This document shows, one piece after another, positions 21,064 through 30,775 of a stretch of DNA of 64,000 bases (position 1 is the stretch's first letter; every line of letters starts with the position of its first letter). A model generated the notes under the pieces. The model had not been told where the DNA came from and did not search any database. It worked only from the letters and a program-made list of their open reading frames with translations. The stretch is from an uncultured Actinomycetota bacterium (lineage in GTDB: Bacteria; Actinomycetota; Acidimicrobiia; Acidimicrobiales; Bog-793): assembly GCA_963747085.1 (NCBI GenBank), contig CAVVDX010000001.1, positions 1,131,987 through 1,195,986 on the forward strand, written 5' to 3'. A program made the translations under genes and the position numbers.

Positions 21064-21681
21064 TCATCGGCTGCGCAACGTCTCCACGCCGTCGCCGCTC
21101 AGGCCGTCGACGGGCCGTCCCGTCATCGCCAGCAACAGGTCGAGCATCGGCCCGCGCACGAGCGGCCCGCTCCCGGTCGACCAGTCCGTGTCGGTCGCCT
21201 CGAGGCGCAACCCGGCGATCCGGCGCTTGCTCCCGATGATCAGGTTCGAGCCCTTGTAGAAGTCGGCGACCTCGGACAGCGCGGCCATCGGATAGTCGTG
21301 CGAGATGGTCAGCGGTCGCCGGATGTCCTCGCAGTGCACGATGACCTCGCCGAGCCAGGTGTCGTTCGGCCCCGGCGGGTGCGTGCGCGACGGCGCCACG
21401 GCGCGAAAGCCGGCCAGCGTGGCCGACGGCGTCGCGCCGAGGTTGGCGGCGACGCCCTTGGCCTGATAGGCGTCGAAGGAGAAGCCGGAGCCGATCAGCC
21501 GGGAGAAGAACTGCGGCGGGTTCGTGCGCGCCGCGGCCGTCATGTGGGCGAGCACGTCGCGCACGGTCCAGCCCTTGGCGAGCGACGGCGTCTCCCACTG
21601 CTCATCACTGAGCGGGGTGAGGTCCGAGGCGAGCGATTCACGTTCGCTGCGGATCGTTCCCCACAAGTCGAGTGCGGGCAT
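21064..21681 (-). CDS. Maleylpyruvate isomerase family mycothiol-dependent enzyme (MDMPI/DinB-like)
   Basis: WETPSLAKGWTVRDVLAHM, EVIVHCEDI, LLLAMTGR. Confidence 0.88.
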   Translation of the reverse strand: MPALDLWGTIRSERESLASDLTPLSDEQWETPSLAKGWTVRDVLAHMTAAARTNPPQFFSRLIGSGFSFDAYQAKGVAANLGATPSATLAGFRAVAPSRTHPPGPNDTWLGEVIVHCEDIRRPLTISHDYPMAALSEVADFYKGSNLIIGSKRRIAGLRLEATDTDWSTGSGPLVRGPMLDLLLAMTGRPVDGLSGDGVETLRSR

Positions 21682-21738
21682 CGTGCGAGATCCTCCCACA
21701 CGCTGCAGCGTCGCGCCGATGTCGCGCGCGGCAGAAGC

Positions 21739-23681
21739 TCAGCGGCCGACGGCGTAGGCCTGGGCGTTGCGGGGATCGGCGCCGGCGACGAGCATCCCCT
21801 TGGCGTCGACGCCGACCGCGGTGACGCGTCCGAGCGAGCACGCCGGCGACTCGACGACACGGTGCCCCCGGGCGCGCAGCCCGGCGAGCACCTCGGCCCC
21901 GAGCGACGCCTCGGCGACGAGCTCGCCAAGGCGGCCACGTCGGGGGAAGAACGACGAGGCGCGCGTGGTTGGTGTGCCAGTTGGCGGCGTCGATCGCCGC
22001 CTGAAGGCCGAGGCCGAAGTCGAGGTGGTACACGAGGAACGACAGCGTCCACTGGTCCTGCTGGTCGCCTCCCGGGGTGCCGAAGGCGAGCGCCGGGCGG
22101 CCGTCGCGAAGAGCGAGCGCCGGGCTGAGCGTCGTGCGCGGCCGCTTGCCCGGCGCGATCGAGCTCGGCAGGCCCTGCTCGAGCCAGAACATCTGGGCGC
22201 GTGTGCCGAGGCAGAAGCCGAGACCGGGGATCGTCGGCGAGCCCTGCAACCAACCCCCGCTCGGCGTAGCGGAGATCATGTTGCCGAAACGGTCGGCCAC
22301 ATCGACATGGCAGGTGTCGCCCCGGTTGCGACCCGCGCCGGCTGCGTCGCCGGCCGCGTCGCCGGCCGCGGCGACTCCGTCGGCAGCGCCGGAGACACGG
22401 TCGGCAGGCCTTGCGGCACCGTCGGCGGGCCCGGCGCCTCCGTCCGCCCGCCCCCGGAGGTCCGGCGGGAGGTGCAGCAGCTCGCTCGTCCCCGGCCCCG
22501 GTCCGCCGGCGGCGCTCTCGCTGCCGCCTGCAACGAGGCCCGCGAGCAACGCCGGCAGGCGCGGCTCGCGCCCGCCGGGGCGGCCGGGGCGGAGCTCGAG
22601 GCTCGCCCGATCGCCGACCAGCCGCCGCCGCTCGTCGCAGTACGCCGGCGAGAGCAGGTCGACCAGCGGCACGTCGACCATTCGCGGGTCGCCGTACCAG
22701 GCCTCGCGATCGGCCAACGCGAGCTTGGTGCACTCGGTGAGCACGTGGACGAGCTCGGCGCTGCCGAGCCCGAGGGACGCAACTTCGATGCCGGCGAGCA
22801 GACCGAGCTGTTGGAGCAGCACCGGGCCCTGCGCCCAGGGACCGGTCTTGCAGACCTCGAGGTCGCGGTAGGCGAGGCGCGCCGGCGGCTCGAGCGAAGG
22901 CTGCCAGCCGGCGAGGTCGGCTGCGGTGATCAGCCCGGTGTGCTCGCCGATCTCGTCGGCAACGGGCTGCCGGGCGAAGGCGTCGATCGCCTCGGCAACG
23001 AAGCCCTCGTACACGGTCCTGCCGCGCCGCCCGGAGCTGGCGCTCGCGGTCGCCGCCGGCGCGCTCGGACTCGAGGAGAATGCGCTCGAAGGTGTCGGCG
23101 AGCGCTTCGTTGCGCTGCGGTGCCCCCGCCACCGGCACGCCGCCGCCGAGCCACTGCTCGGCCGTGGTCGGCCAGCTCGGTGCCTGGGACCTGGCGACCT
23201 CGGCGAGCACGAGCGAGAGCGAGGCGAGCACCGGGAAACCCCGCCGGGCGTAGCCGATCGCCGGCTCGAGCACCTCGCGAAGCGGCATCGTGCCGAAGCG
23301 CTCGAGCAGGAACAGCCACGAGCCGAGCGCGCCGGGCACGCAGGCGGCGAGCAGGCCGGTCCCGGGGACGAGCTCGAGCCCGAGCTCCTCGAAGGCCCGC
23401 GCGCTCGCCGCGGCGGGCGCCGGACCTTGCCCGTCGAGGACGTGCACCTCACCGTCGGTCGCCGAGAAGAGGACCATCGGCGCCTCGCCGCCCGGTCCGC
23501 TCTGGTGCGGCTCGACCACCTCGAGCACGAAGCCCGCCGCGGCGGCGGCGTCGAAGGCGTTGCCCCCGCGCTCGAGCATCGCCATCGCCGACTGCGCGGC
23601 AAGCCAGTGCGACGCGGCGGCCATCCCGAAGCTGCCGCGCAGCTCGGGGCGGGTGGTGAAGCCGTCGGGGAAGCCGCGCAC
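21739..23681 (-). CDS. Gamma-glutamyltransferase family protein, two frameshifts
   Basis: GGNAFDAA, ADREAWYGDP, GDTCH catalytic Thr, PGKRPRTTLSP, GTPGGDQQDQW, ends AYAVGR; shifts near 23025 and 21960. Confidence 0.9.
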
Positions 23682-23762
23682 CGCGGCATCGTAGGTGCCG
23701 AGGGCGAGCCGGTGACATGCAGACGGTTCGCGTTCAGGCCACGGTCACGAACTCTCGGCGGC

Positions 23763-24428
23763 TCAGCCCCCGCCCGGTGCGCCCGGTCGCTTCTCGCCCG
23801 TGGCCTCAGGCGGGAGCGGCCGAGGCGTCCAGGTCGACGGCGGTTCGCTCGCCGGCACAACCACGGGGCTCCAGCGGGCGGGATCGTCGGTGACGTGCAC
23901 GTTGCCCATCATGTGTCGCATGCGCACGCGGATCAGCGGGCGGGTGGGGAGCGGCTCGCCGCCGAAGCGACGCAGGTTGCGCCCGCCGTAGTACGAGGAC
24001 TGGTCGATCTCGACGGTGACCCCCGGCGGGACGAGCAGGCGCAGCGTCCCGACGAGCACCGTGAGGCGCAGCGTGGGCGACGGTCCCACCAGCGTGGCGC
24101 CCCGCAGATCGAGGTGCACCTCGCCCATTCCGATGAGGATTCTCGTGCGCTCGGGGAGGACGAAGCGCCCTCGGTAGACCCGGTTGCCGAAGGGCACCCA
24201 CCAGCGCCGCCGAAGCCGCGTCGCGGCTGCCGGCGGCACGGCGGCCTCGAGGCCGGCCGTCACCGCCACGAGCTCGGCACGGGTCTGCGCCACAGCGACC
24301 GAGTCGGCGGCGCGCAGGTACTCCTCGAGCCCGAGACGGCCGTCCACCGCGGCGCTGCGCAGGGCGACCTGCGCCGCGTCACGCTCGGCCTCGCTCGGTA
24401 CGTAGTGGTCGTCGCCGCTCGCGCTCAT
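23763..24428 (-). CDS. DUF1707 (SHOCT-like) + LiaF/DUF2154-like beta-rich protein
   Basis: SEAERDAAQVALRSAAVDGRLGLEEY...TRAEL; MGEVHLDLRGA, GTLRLLVPPGVTV, MGNVHV. Confidence 0.8.
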   Translation of the reverse strand: MSASGDDHYVPSEAERDAAQVALRSAAVDGRLGLEEYLRAADSVAVAQTRAELVAVTAGLEAAVPPAAATRLRRRWWVPFGNRVYRGRFVLPERTRILIGMGEVHLDLRGATLVGPSPTLRLTVLVGTLRLLVPPGVTVEIDQSSYYGGRNLRRFGGEPLPTRPLIRVRMRHMMGNVHVTDDPARWSPVVVPASEPPSTWTPRPLPPEATGEKRPGAPGGG

Positions 24429-24548
24429 GGGCTCTCCTGACAGTGAACGGTACCTCCGGTACCATTCCCCCCTGGCAGGACGCACGCAGGCTGCGCGGTG
24501 GAAACACCACGGCGGCGCTGTGCGTGCGACGAGCAAAGGAGCGCGCCG

Positions 24549-25700
24549 ATGGCCATCCTCCACCATGAATTCGTCGCTGCTCCCGACAGCGCGAAGCGTC
24601 AGATCGTGTACAAGTGGCCCGACCAGAACATCCGCAAGTTCGCCCGGGCGATCGTCGAGCCCGACGCCGTGGCGATCTTCACGAGCCAAGGTCAGATCAT
24701 GGGCGTCCTGCCTCCCGGCCAGCACACCCTCGACGCCAAGGAGCTGCCCTTCCTCGGCATGTTCGTCGACTGGGCGAGCGGCGGCAACGCCTTCAAGGCC
24801 GAGATCTACTTCCTCGCCACCCGCGAGTTCCCGGGTTGCAAGTTCGGCGGGCGCCTCGACGACGTGCAGGACCCCCAGACGGGACTCGTCGTCACCATGC
24901 GCGCCTTCGGCGAGTACGCCGTGCGCGTGATGGACCCGCAGAAGCTGATCCTCAACCTCGTCGGCACCGTCGACGTGACGAACAACGAGGCGATCACCGG
25001 CTGGGTCTCCCAGCAGCTGCTCAAGGTGACGCGCACCGCCGTCACCACCCAGCTGACGACCGGTGCCTGGTCGATCCTCGGGCTCTCGGCGCACAGCCCC
25101 GAGATCGAGGTGGCGGCGACACCGCTGGCCAACGAGCAGCTGACCGACTACGGGATCGCCATCACGCGCCTCGGCAACCTCGACGTCAGCCTCGCCGACG
25201 AGGACAGCGCACGACTGAAGAAGCTGGCCGGCGACACCGCCTACAGCCGACTCGCCGGCGGCTTCCTGCAGGCCGCCCAGGCCGAGGCGCTCCAGGGCGC
25301 CGGCGAGGGGATGGCCCAGGGCGGCGGGGCCGTTACGCCGATGTTCCTCGCCGCCGGCATGGGGATGGGCGGGCAGATGATGCAGGCGCCCGCCCAGGCC
25401 GCGCCCTATCCGCCGCCACCGGCTCCGGGATTCGCCGGCGGCGGCGCCGGCTACGCCCCGCCCCCTCAGCAGGCCGCGCCGGCTCCCGTCGCTCCTCCCG
25501 TCGCCGCTCCGGCAGCTGAGACAATCGCCACTGTCGAGTGCGCCAACTGCCACAGCCAGGTGCGCGCCGGCGCCAAGTTCTGCGACTCGTGCGGCAGCGC
25601 CATGCAGAAGCACTGCACGAACTGCAACGCCGAGCTCGCCTCGGCGGCCAAGTTCTGCGGCGAGTGCGGCACCCCCGTCGCCCCGCCCGCCGGCGCCTGA
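24549..25700 (+). CDS. SPFH (band 7, YdjI-like) domain protein with Pro/Ala linker and double zinc ribbon
   Basis: IVYKWP, PGQHTL, AEIYF, KFGG, RAFGEY, GMGMG; C-terminal CANC..AKFCDSCG and CTNC..AKFCGECG. Confidence 0.88.
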   Translation: MAILHHEFVAAPDSAKRQIVYKWPDQNIRKFARAIVEPDAVAIFTSQGQIMGVLPPGQHTLDAKELPFLGMFVDWASGGNAFKAEIYFLATREFPGCKFGGRLDDVQDPQTGLVVTMRAFGEYAVRVMDPQKLILNLVGTVDVTNNEAITGWVSQQLLKVTRTAVTTQLTTGAWSILGLSAHSPEIEVAATPLANEQLTDYGIAITRLGNLDVSLADEDSARLKKLAGDTAYSRLAGGFLQAAQAEALQGAGEGMAQGGGAVTPMFLAAGMGMGGQMMQAPAQAAPYPPPPAPGFAGGGAGYAPPPQQAAPAPVAPPVAAPAAETIATVECANCHSQVRAGAKFCDSCGSAMQKHCTNCNAELASAAKFCGECGTPVAPPAGA

Positions 25701-25714
25701 CCGGGGAACGAGCT

Positions 25715-25897
25715 ATGGACCGCATCGAATGCCAGTTCTGCAAGACCCAGAACGACGCCGATCGCACGACCTGCGACAACTGCGGCGCCCCGCTCGACGT
25801 CGTCAACATCGTGCGCATCTCGCGCACGACCGCCACCTCCGGTGCCTACGAGAGCGCGCCTCCCAAACCCGGAAGCTGGGGCGGTCGTAGTGTCTGA
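25715..25897 (+). CDS. Small stand-alone zinc-ribbon protein (60 aa)
   Basis: MDRIECQFCKTQNDADRTTCDNCGAPLD; fills the gap between SPFH and AIM24 genes. Confidence 0.7.
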   Translation: MDRIECQFCKTQNDADRTTCDNCGAPLDVVNIVRISRTTATSGAYESAPPKPGSWGGRSV

Positions 25898-26699
25898 CAC
25901 GTTGTCTCGGGTCGAGTGCCAATGGTGCAAGGCGCAGAACGACGCGGGCCGGACGAGCTGCGTGCTCTGCGGCGCCCCACTCGACCAGGCGAACCGGGTC
26001 ACCGACTCCGGGTGGAGCGAGGCGCCGCGCCTGCGGGACATGACGGAGTTCCGCTTCTCCAACTCGACCTGCCAGATCGAGGGTGAGATCGTGCCGGTGG
26101 CCGAGATGGCACTGGCCCCCGGCGACTCGGTGTTCTTCGAGCACCACGTCATGTTGTGGAAGGAGCCGAGCGTCCCGCTCGCCGCGCTCAACGTCGGCGG
26201 CGGGGTCAAGCGCATGCTCGGCGGGATGCCGCACATGATCTCCACCGCCCACGGGCCGGGGCGCATCGCCTTCTCCCGCGACGCCACCGGCGAGGTGGTG
26301 GTGCTCCCGTTGCACCCCTCGATGGAGCTCGACGTGCGCGAGCACGCCTTCCTCGCCGGGACGCACTCGCTGACCTACTCCTTCGTGCGCGTCAAGGGGA
26401 TGGCCAACGTCATGCACGGCGGCGAGGGGATGTACATGGACCGCTTCGTCACCCAGGGCGAGCCCGGACTGCTCTTGCTGCACGGGTACGGCAACGTGTT
26501 CCAGAAGACGCTCCAGCCCGGCGAGAAGATCCTCGTCGAGCCCGGTGGATTCCTCTACAAGGACTCGTCGGTGACGATGAACACGGTGCAGCAGAACCTG
26601 CGCACCGGGCTCGCGCGCCACGGGATGTACCTCGCCGAGATGTCCGGGCCGGGACGGGTCGGCATCCAGTCGATGTACGTGCACCACGGCACCGAGTGA
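25890..26699 (+). CDS. AIM24 family protein with N-terminal zinc ribbon (1)
   Basis: CQWC..CVLCGAP; GPGRIAF, REHAFLA, GLLLLHGYG, LQPGEKILVEPG, GPGRVGIQS. Confidence 0.85.
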   Translation: MSDTLSRVECQWCKAQNDAGRTSCVLCGAPLDQANRVTDSGWSEAPRLRDMTEFRFSNSTCQIEGEIVPVAEMALAPGDSVFFEHHVMLWKEPSVPLAALNVGGGVKRMLGGMPHMISTAHGPGRIAFSRDATGEVVVLPLHPSMELDVREHAFLAGTHSLTYSFVRVKGMANVMHGGEGMYMDRFVTQGEPGLLLLHGYGNVFQKTLQPGEKILVEPGGFLYKDSSVTMNTVQQNLRTGLARHGMYLAEMSGPGRVGIQSMYVHHGTE

Positions 26700-27788
26700 G
26701 CGCATCCGGGTCGTACCTCTGCCCGTACTGCCGCGTCGAGGGCGACGGCGAGGCCGTCTCCTGCCCGCACTGCGGTGCTCCCGTCGACGTGCGCAGGCGC
26801 ACGACGGACTCCGGCTGGGTCGAGCTGCCCCCGATCCGCGACCTCGCTCGGATCCACTTCGGTCGCTCCACCTGCCAGGTGAGCGGCTCCTACGTGCCCG
26901 TCGCCGAGATGAACCTCGACCCGTCCGACTCGGTCTACTTCTCCCATCACGTGCTGCTGCACCTCGACCCGGCCGTCCGGCTCGAGGCCGTGAAGATGGC
27001 ATCCGGTTGGAACCGCCGCCTGGCCGGCATGCCGCTGATCATGGTCAGCGCGCGACGGACCCGGTCACGTGGCGCTCAGCGCCGACCATCCGGGGGAGAC
27101 GATCGCCGTGCCCTTGCAGAACGGGCAGGCGGTCGACGTCGTCGAGCACCGCTTCCTCGCCGGCTCGACCGGCGTCAACTACCAGTGGGAGTCGGCGGGG
27201 GTCTGGTTCCAGACCGGCAGCGGCGACGACACCGAGCTGCACTACCCGCTCGGGGCGACGATGGACCTGTTCCAGGCGCTCCAGGGGCCGGGGCTGTTGT
27301 TGCTGCACGCCCCGGGCAACACCTTCATGCGCGACCTCGCGCCCGGCGAGCGGATCCTCATCCAGCCGAGCAGCCTGATCTGGAAAGACCGCAGCGTCGA
27401 CATGCGCCTGCACTTCGAGGTCCCCGCCGGCGCGTACTGGTTCAACTCGCCACGGCGGCAGGGCAAGACGGTCTGGCTCGCTTGCCACGGACCGGGGCGG
27501 ATCGCCGTGCAGTCGGTGTTCGAGCGCCCCGAGCACGTCGGCGCGATCACCGGAGGCTCGATGTACACCTCGCATTGGTGGGACGCTGACACCATCGCCA
27601 CGGCGATCGCCTACGCCCGACAGCGCGCGCCGGCTCAGCCGGGCGGACAGCAGTGGGCGCCGCTGCAAGGCCCGCAGAACGGCCCGCCGAGCCAGCCGAA
27701 CCAGCAGTGGGCGCCGCCGGGCCCGCCGAACGGGTCGAACCAGCAGTGGGCGCCGCCGGCTGGCCCGGGCTCGTCGTTCAGCGGCTGA
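26696..27788 (+). CDS. AIM24 family protein with N-terminal zinc ribbon and QQWAP-repeat tail (2), frameshift near 27055
   Basis: CPYC..CPHCGAP, TDSGW, GPGHVAL, EHRFLA, GLLLLHAPG, GPGRIAVQS; GTGA overlap with paralog 1. Confidence 0.82.
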
Positions 27789-27993
27789 GCGCGGGGCGGC
27801 GAGCGCGCAGCGCGGCGCGGCCCGAGACCGCACCGCCGATCAGCGACACGTCGACACTGGCGCCGTGGCGCGATCGGACACCGGGAGCGCGTGGCGCGAT
27901 CGGCCTTCTTGTTTGCGCCCCGGACGTTGCGTCAATGTTGATCAATCAATGTTGACGGATCGCTGACCGCGCGAAATGAATGTGTGCTCTGCG

Positions 27994-28032
27994 GTTGTCG
28001 GCAAACCCGCCGGCGGCGGGGCCGCCGACAGC
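27994..28032. terminator. GC-rich hairpin between convergent genes
   Basis: GTTGTCGGC/GCCGACAGC outer stem with inner CCCGCC/GGCGGG stem. Confidence 0.45.
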
Positions 28033-28116
28033 GCGCAGCCCCCTCCTCCCGCCCGGCGCGCAGGGCGCTGACGCCGCCTGGACCGCCGGTCGGCCGCACG
28101 GAGCGGGACGCTGGTG

Positions 28117-29181
28117 TCAGCCGGCGTCGGCGCGATCGCGGTACTGGCCGAGCAAGGTCTCGTCGCCCGGGCTGAGGCGGTCTGCGGGGATGGCGCTCTG
28201 ATGCCAGTAGGGGTAGATGAGCGGCAGCCGGCTCACCTCGTCGAGGCGGGCGCGCTCCTCGGCCGAGAGCGTCCAGTCGGCGGCGCGCAGGTTGTCCGTC
28301 AGCTGGCCCTCGTTGCGTGCGCCGACGATCACAGAGCTCACAGCGGGCTTGCCGATGAGATAGTTGAGCGCGGCCTGCGCCGGTGAGACGCCACGGGATT
28401 CGGCGACCGAGACGAGGGTCTCGATCACGTCGTAGGTGTGCTCTTCGTCGTAGATCGGCGGCTCGCCCCATCCCGCCGCTCGCCGAGCACCCTCGGGCGG
28501 CGGCTGGCCACGCCGGTATTTGCCCGAGAGCAGGCCGCCGGCGAGCGGGCTCCAGACGAGCACGCCGACCCCGTGGTCGACGGCGAGCGGCACGAGCTCG
28601 TACTCGGCCTCGCGGTTCAAGAGCGAGTAGTAGATCTGCTGGCTCACGTAGGCGACCATGCCGTGGCGATCCGAGGTCCACAGCGACTCCATGATCTGCC
28701 AGGCGGCGAAGTTCGAGCAGCCCACGTAGCGGACCTTGCCCTGGTGGAGCAGCGTGTCGAGCGCGTCCAGGGTCTCCTCGGCGGGCACGGACCCGTCGCG
28801 TTCGTGCACTTGGTACAAGTCGATGTAGTCCGTGTTCAGCCGGCGCAGGCTGTCCTCGCAGGCGCGCACCAGGTGCTCGCGCGACAGCCCCTCGTCATTC
28901 GGCCCCTCCCCCATCCGAAAGCGCGCCTTGGTCGCCAGCACGATCGAGTCGCGCCGGCCCTGGATCACCTCGCCGACGATCTCTTCGGACCGCCCGTGCG
29001 AGTAGACGTCCGCCGTGTCGATCAGGTTCACCCCGACGTCGAGCGCCATGTCGACGATGCGGCGAGCTTCGTCCACCTCCGTCGCGCCGACCGCGGACGA
29101 ATCGCTACCGCCGAAGGTCATCGTTCCGAGCGCGATCGTCGAGACGCGCAACCCGCTCTTGCCGAGCCGGCGGTACTCCAT
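28117..29181 (-). CDS. Aldo/keto reductase
   Basis: LGTMTFG, DTADVY, ATK, IDLYQVH, GKVRYVGCSN, WSPLAGG. Confidence 0.95.
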   Translation of the reverse strand: MEYRRLGKSGLRVSTIALGTMTFGGSDSSAVGATEVDEARRIVDMALDVGVNLIDTADVYSHGRSEEIVGEVIQGRRDSIVLATKARFRMGEGPNDEGLSREHLVRACEDSLRRLNTDYIDLYQVHERDGSVPAEETLDALDTLLHQGKVRYVGCSNFAAWQIMESLWTSDRHGMVAYVSQQIYYSLLNREAEYELVPLAVDHGVGVLVWSPLAGGLLSGKYRRGQPPPEGARRAAGWGEPPIYDEEHTYDVIETLVSVAESRGVSPAQAALNYLIGKPAVSSVIVGARNEGQLTDNLRAADWTLSAEERARLDEVSRLPLIYPYWHQSAIPADRLSPGDETLLGQYRDRADAG

Positions 29182-29343
29182 GGGACCTCCTGCGTGCCCT
29201 CTGCCCTGTGCCTTCGTGGCCCTCCGCCGCGCGCGGGCCCGCTCCGTCGGGCTCGATCCTCTCTCGCCCCGCGCGGTGCCGGGCCGGTCGGCGCCCTGCG
29301 CCAGGCAGGTTACGGGCGGGGCGAGGGGCGCCGACCCCTTCGG

Positions 29344-30321
29344 TCAGCGCGCCTCGGCGGTGCCGAGCAGGTCGCGCACGTCGCTCATCAAGGCCTCGAC
29401 TGCCGCCTTGTCCAGGGCGAGATCGCCACCACGACGCGACGAGCGAACGATGCCGCCCTCCCGCAGCACCTTCAGGTGATTGCTGACGGTGGGCTGCGCG
29501 AGCTCGAGGTCGGCCGCCAGCTCGCCGACCCGTCGCGGTCCATCGGCGAGCACTCGCAACATGGCAAGGCGCGTGGGATCTGCCACCGCCCGCAGGCGCC
29601 TGCCGAGCTCGGCGGTGCGCTCCTGCTCGGCAAGGCCCGCCAGCGGAGCCGTGAGACCGAACAGCAAGCCGCCGCAGAGATCGATCCCGAGGCTCCGGCC
29701 GCCGAACGCGGAGACGGCCACGGTGACCGGACCCGGTCGCAGGGCGAGCAGCTCCTCGGTCGGGCGCGCCCAAGGCTGACAACCGACGGGAAACAGCTCC
29801 GCAAGGCTCGACCCCTCCTCGAGCCGGCGGGCGAGACGACGGCACCCCGCCTCGGCACGGGCCAACCCGGCGCTTCGCCAGTCCTGCTCGAGCGCGCCCC
29901 ACACGCTGGCCAGGAGCTCCCGGTAGCGGGCCCGAAGCCGGCGATCGCCGGCAAGCGCCTCGAGGCGGCGAAGGATGCGCTCCCGGTCGTCATCGCTCTC
30001 GGTGATCAGCGGGGGCAGCGCACCGCTCGCGCCGGCGTCTGCCACGGCCTCGGCGAGCGCCGCTCCCGGCCACACCCCGCGCAGCATGCCGGCGCGCTCG
30101 GCCAGCACGAGCAGCTCGTCGTAGCAGGACGAGCCGTCGGGCCAGAACTCACCGACGCGTGCGCGAAGTGCCGGGTCCGACGAGAACAACCGTTCCAGCT
30201 CGCGATGCAGGCCGCGGGTCGCCGGCTTCCCGGCGGCGTGGAGCGCCCAGAACAGCTCCACGCTCGTGGAGACGACGAACTGCATCCGCTGGCCGTCGTG
30301 CTCGTCACCCGAAACCGCCAT
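29344..30321 (-). CDS. ArsR/SmtB-type regulator with long N-terminal domain and C-terminal HTH
   Basis: AVADPTRLAML...VGELA...QPTVSNHLKVLREGGIV at the C-terminus; AAGGAG RBS. Confidence 0.8.
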   Translation of the reverse strand: MAVSGDEHDGQRMQFVVSTSVELFWALHAAGKPATRGLHRELERLFSSDPALRARVGEFWPDGSSCYDELLVLAERAGMLRGVWPGAALAEAVADAGASGALPPLITESDDDRERILRRLEALAGDRRLRARYRELLASVWGALEQDWRSAGLARAEAGCRRLARRLEEGSSLAELFPVGCQPWARPTEELLALRPGPVTVAVSAFGGRSLGIDLCGGLLFGLTAPLAGLAEQERTAELGRRLRAVADPTRLAMLRVLADGPRRVGELAADLELAQPTVSNHLKVLREGGIVRSSRRGGDLALDKAAVEALMSDVRDLLGTAEAR

Positions 30322-30364
30322 GCCTGGCTCCTTTCATCCAGATGAGACTATAAACAGATATACG

Positions 30365-30376
30365 GTTGAAATCAAC
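30365..30376. promoter_or_regulatory. Palindrome GTTGA-AA-TCAAC in an AT-rich divergent promoter, candidate operator
   Basis: Inverted repeat between the regulator start and a divergent small ORF. Confidence 0.4.
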
Positions 30377-30438
30377 TCCGAATGTCCATATGCTGATCGG
30401 TGCAGTGCGAGCGCACGAGACACGGGAGCGTGAGCGCG

Positions 30439-30669
30439 ATGAACACCTGGCAGGGCCTTCGAATGGCGGCATTGCAGCAGCACGAGGCGGACCTCGCACG
30501 GGCGAGGGCGGTCCTGCTCTCCGAGGTCCCCGGTCGGCACCGCGTCGTGCGCGCCCTCCGGCCGCGCGCCCTGCGGCGGCGCGCCGGAAGCCTGCTCGTG
30601 AGCGCCGGGGTCCGGCTGCTCGACCCCGCCGACCTGATCGCCGAACCTCCCGCCCGCCGCGTGGCGTGA
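30439..30669 (+). CDS. Small basic hypothetical protein (76 aa)
   Basis: MNTWQGLRMAALQQHEADLARAR...GSLLVSAGVRLL; plausible RBS, divergent from the regulator. Confidence 0.5.
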   Translation: MNTWQGLRMAALQQHEADLARARAVLLSEVPGRHRVVRALRPRALRRRAGSLLVSAGVRLLDPADLIAEPPARRVA

Positions 30670-30700
30670 CCGGCGCGCCGGCCGGATCGGCCACGGCTCG

Positions 30701-30727
30701 TTAGCACTCTCGGGGTGAGAGTGCTAA
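30701..30727. promoter_or_regulatory. CIRCE element (HrcA operator)
   Basis: Exact TTAGCACTC-N9-GAGTGCTAA, 48 nt upstream of hsp20. Confidence 0.97.
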
Positions 30728-30775
30728 ACTGCGTGGCGCAGGACCATAAACCGCCGAACCAGGAGGTGTAGACCA

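Noticed and set aside
22320-22530. Ala/Gly-rich insertion before the GGT catalytic Thr as a possible intein or extra domain
   Set aside because: Low complexity with no intein terminal residues; it sits in the variable segment at the autoprocessing site.
27995-28035. c-di-GMP-I riboswitch-like GGCAAACC...GGGcCGC segment
   Set aside because: No GNRA tetraloop, no CGCAAAGCC junction and no downstream gene on that strand; a simple hairpin explains it.
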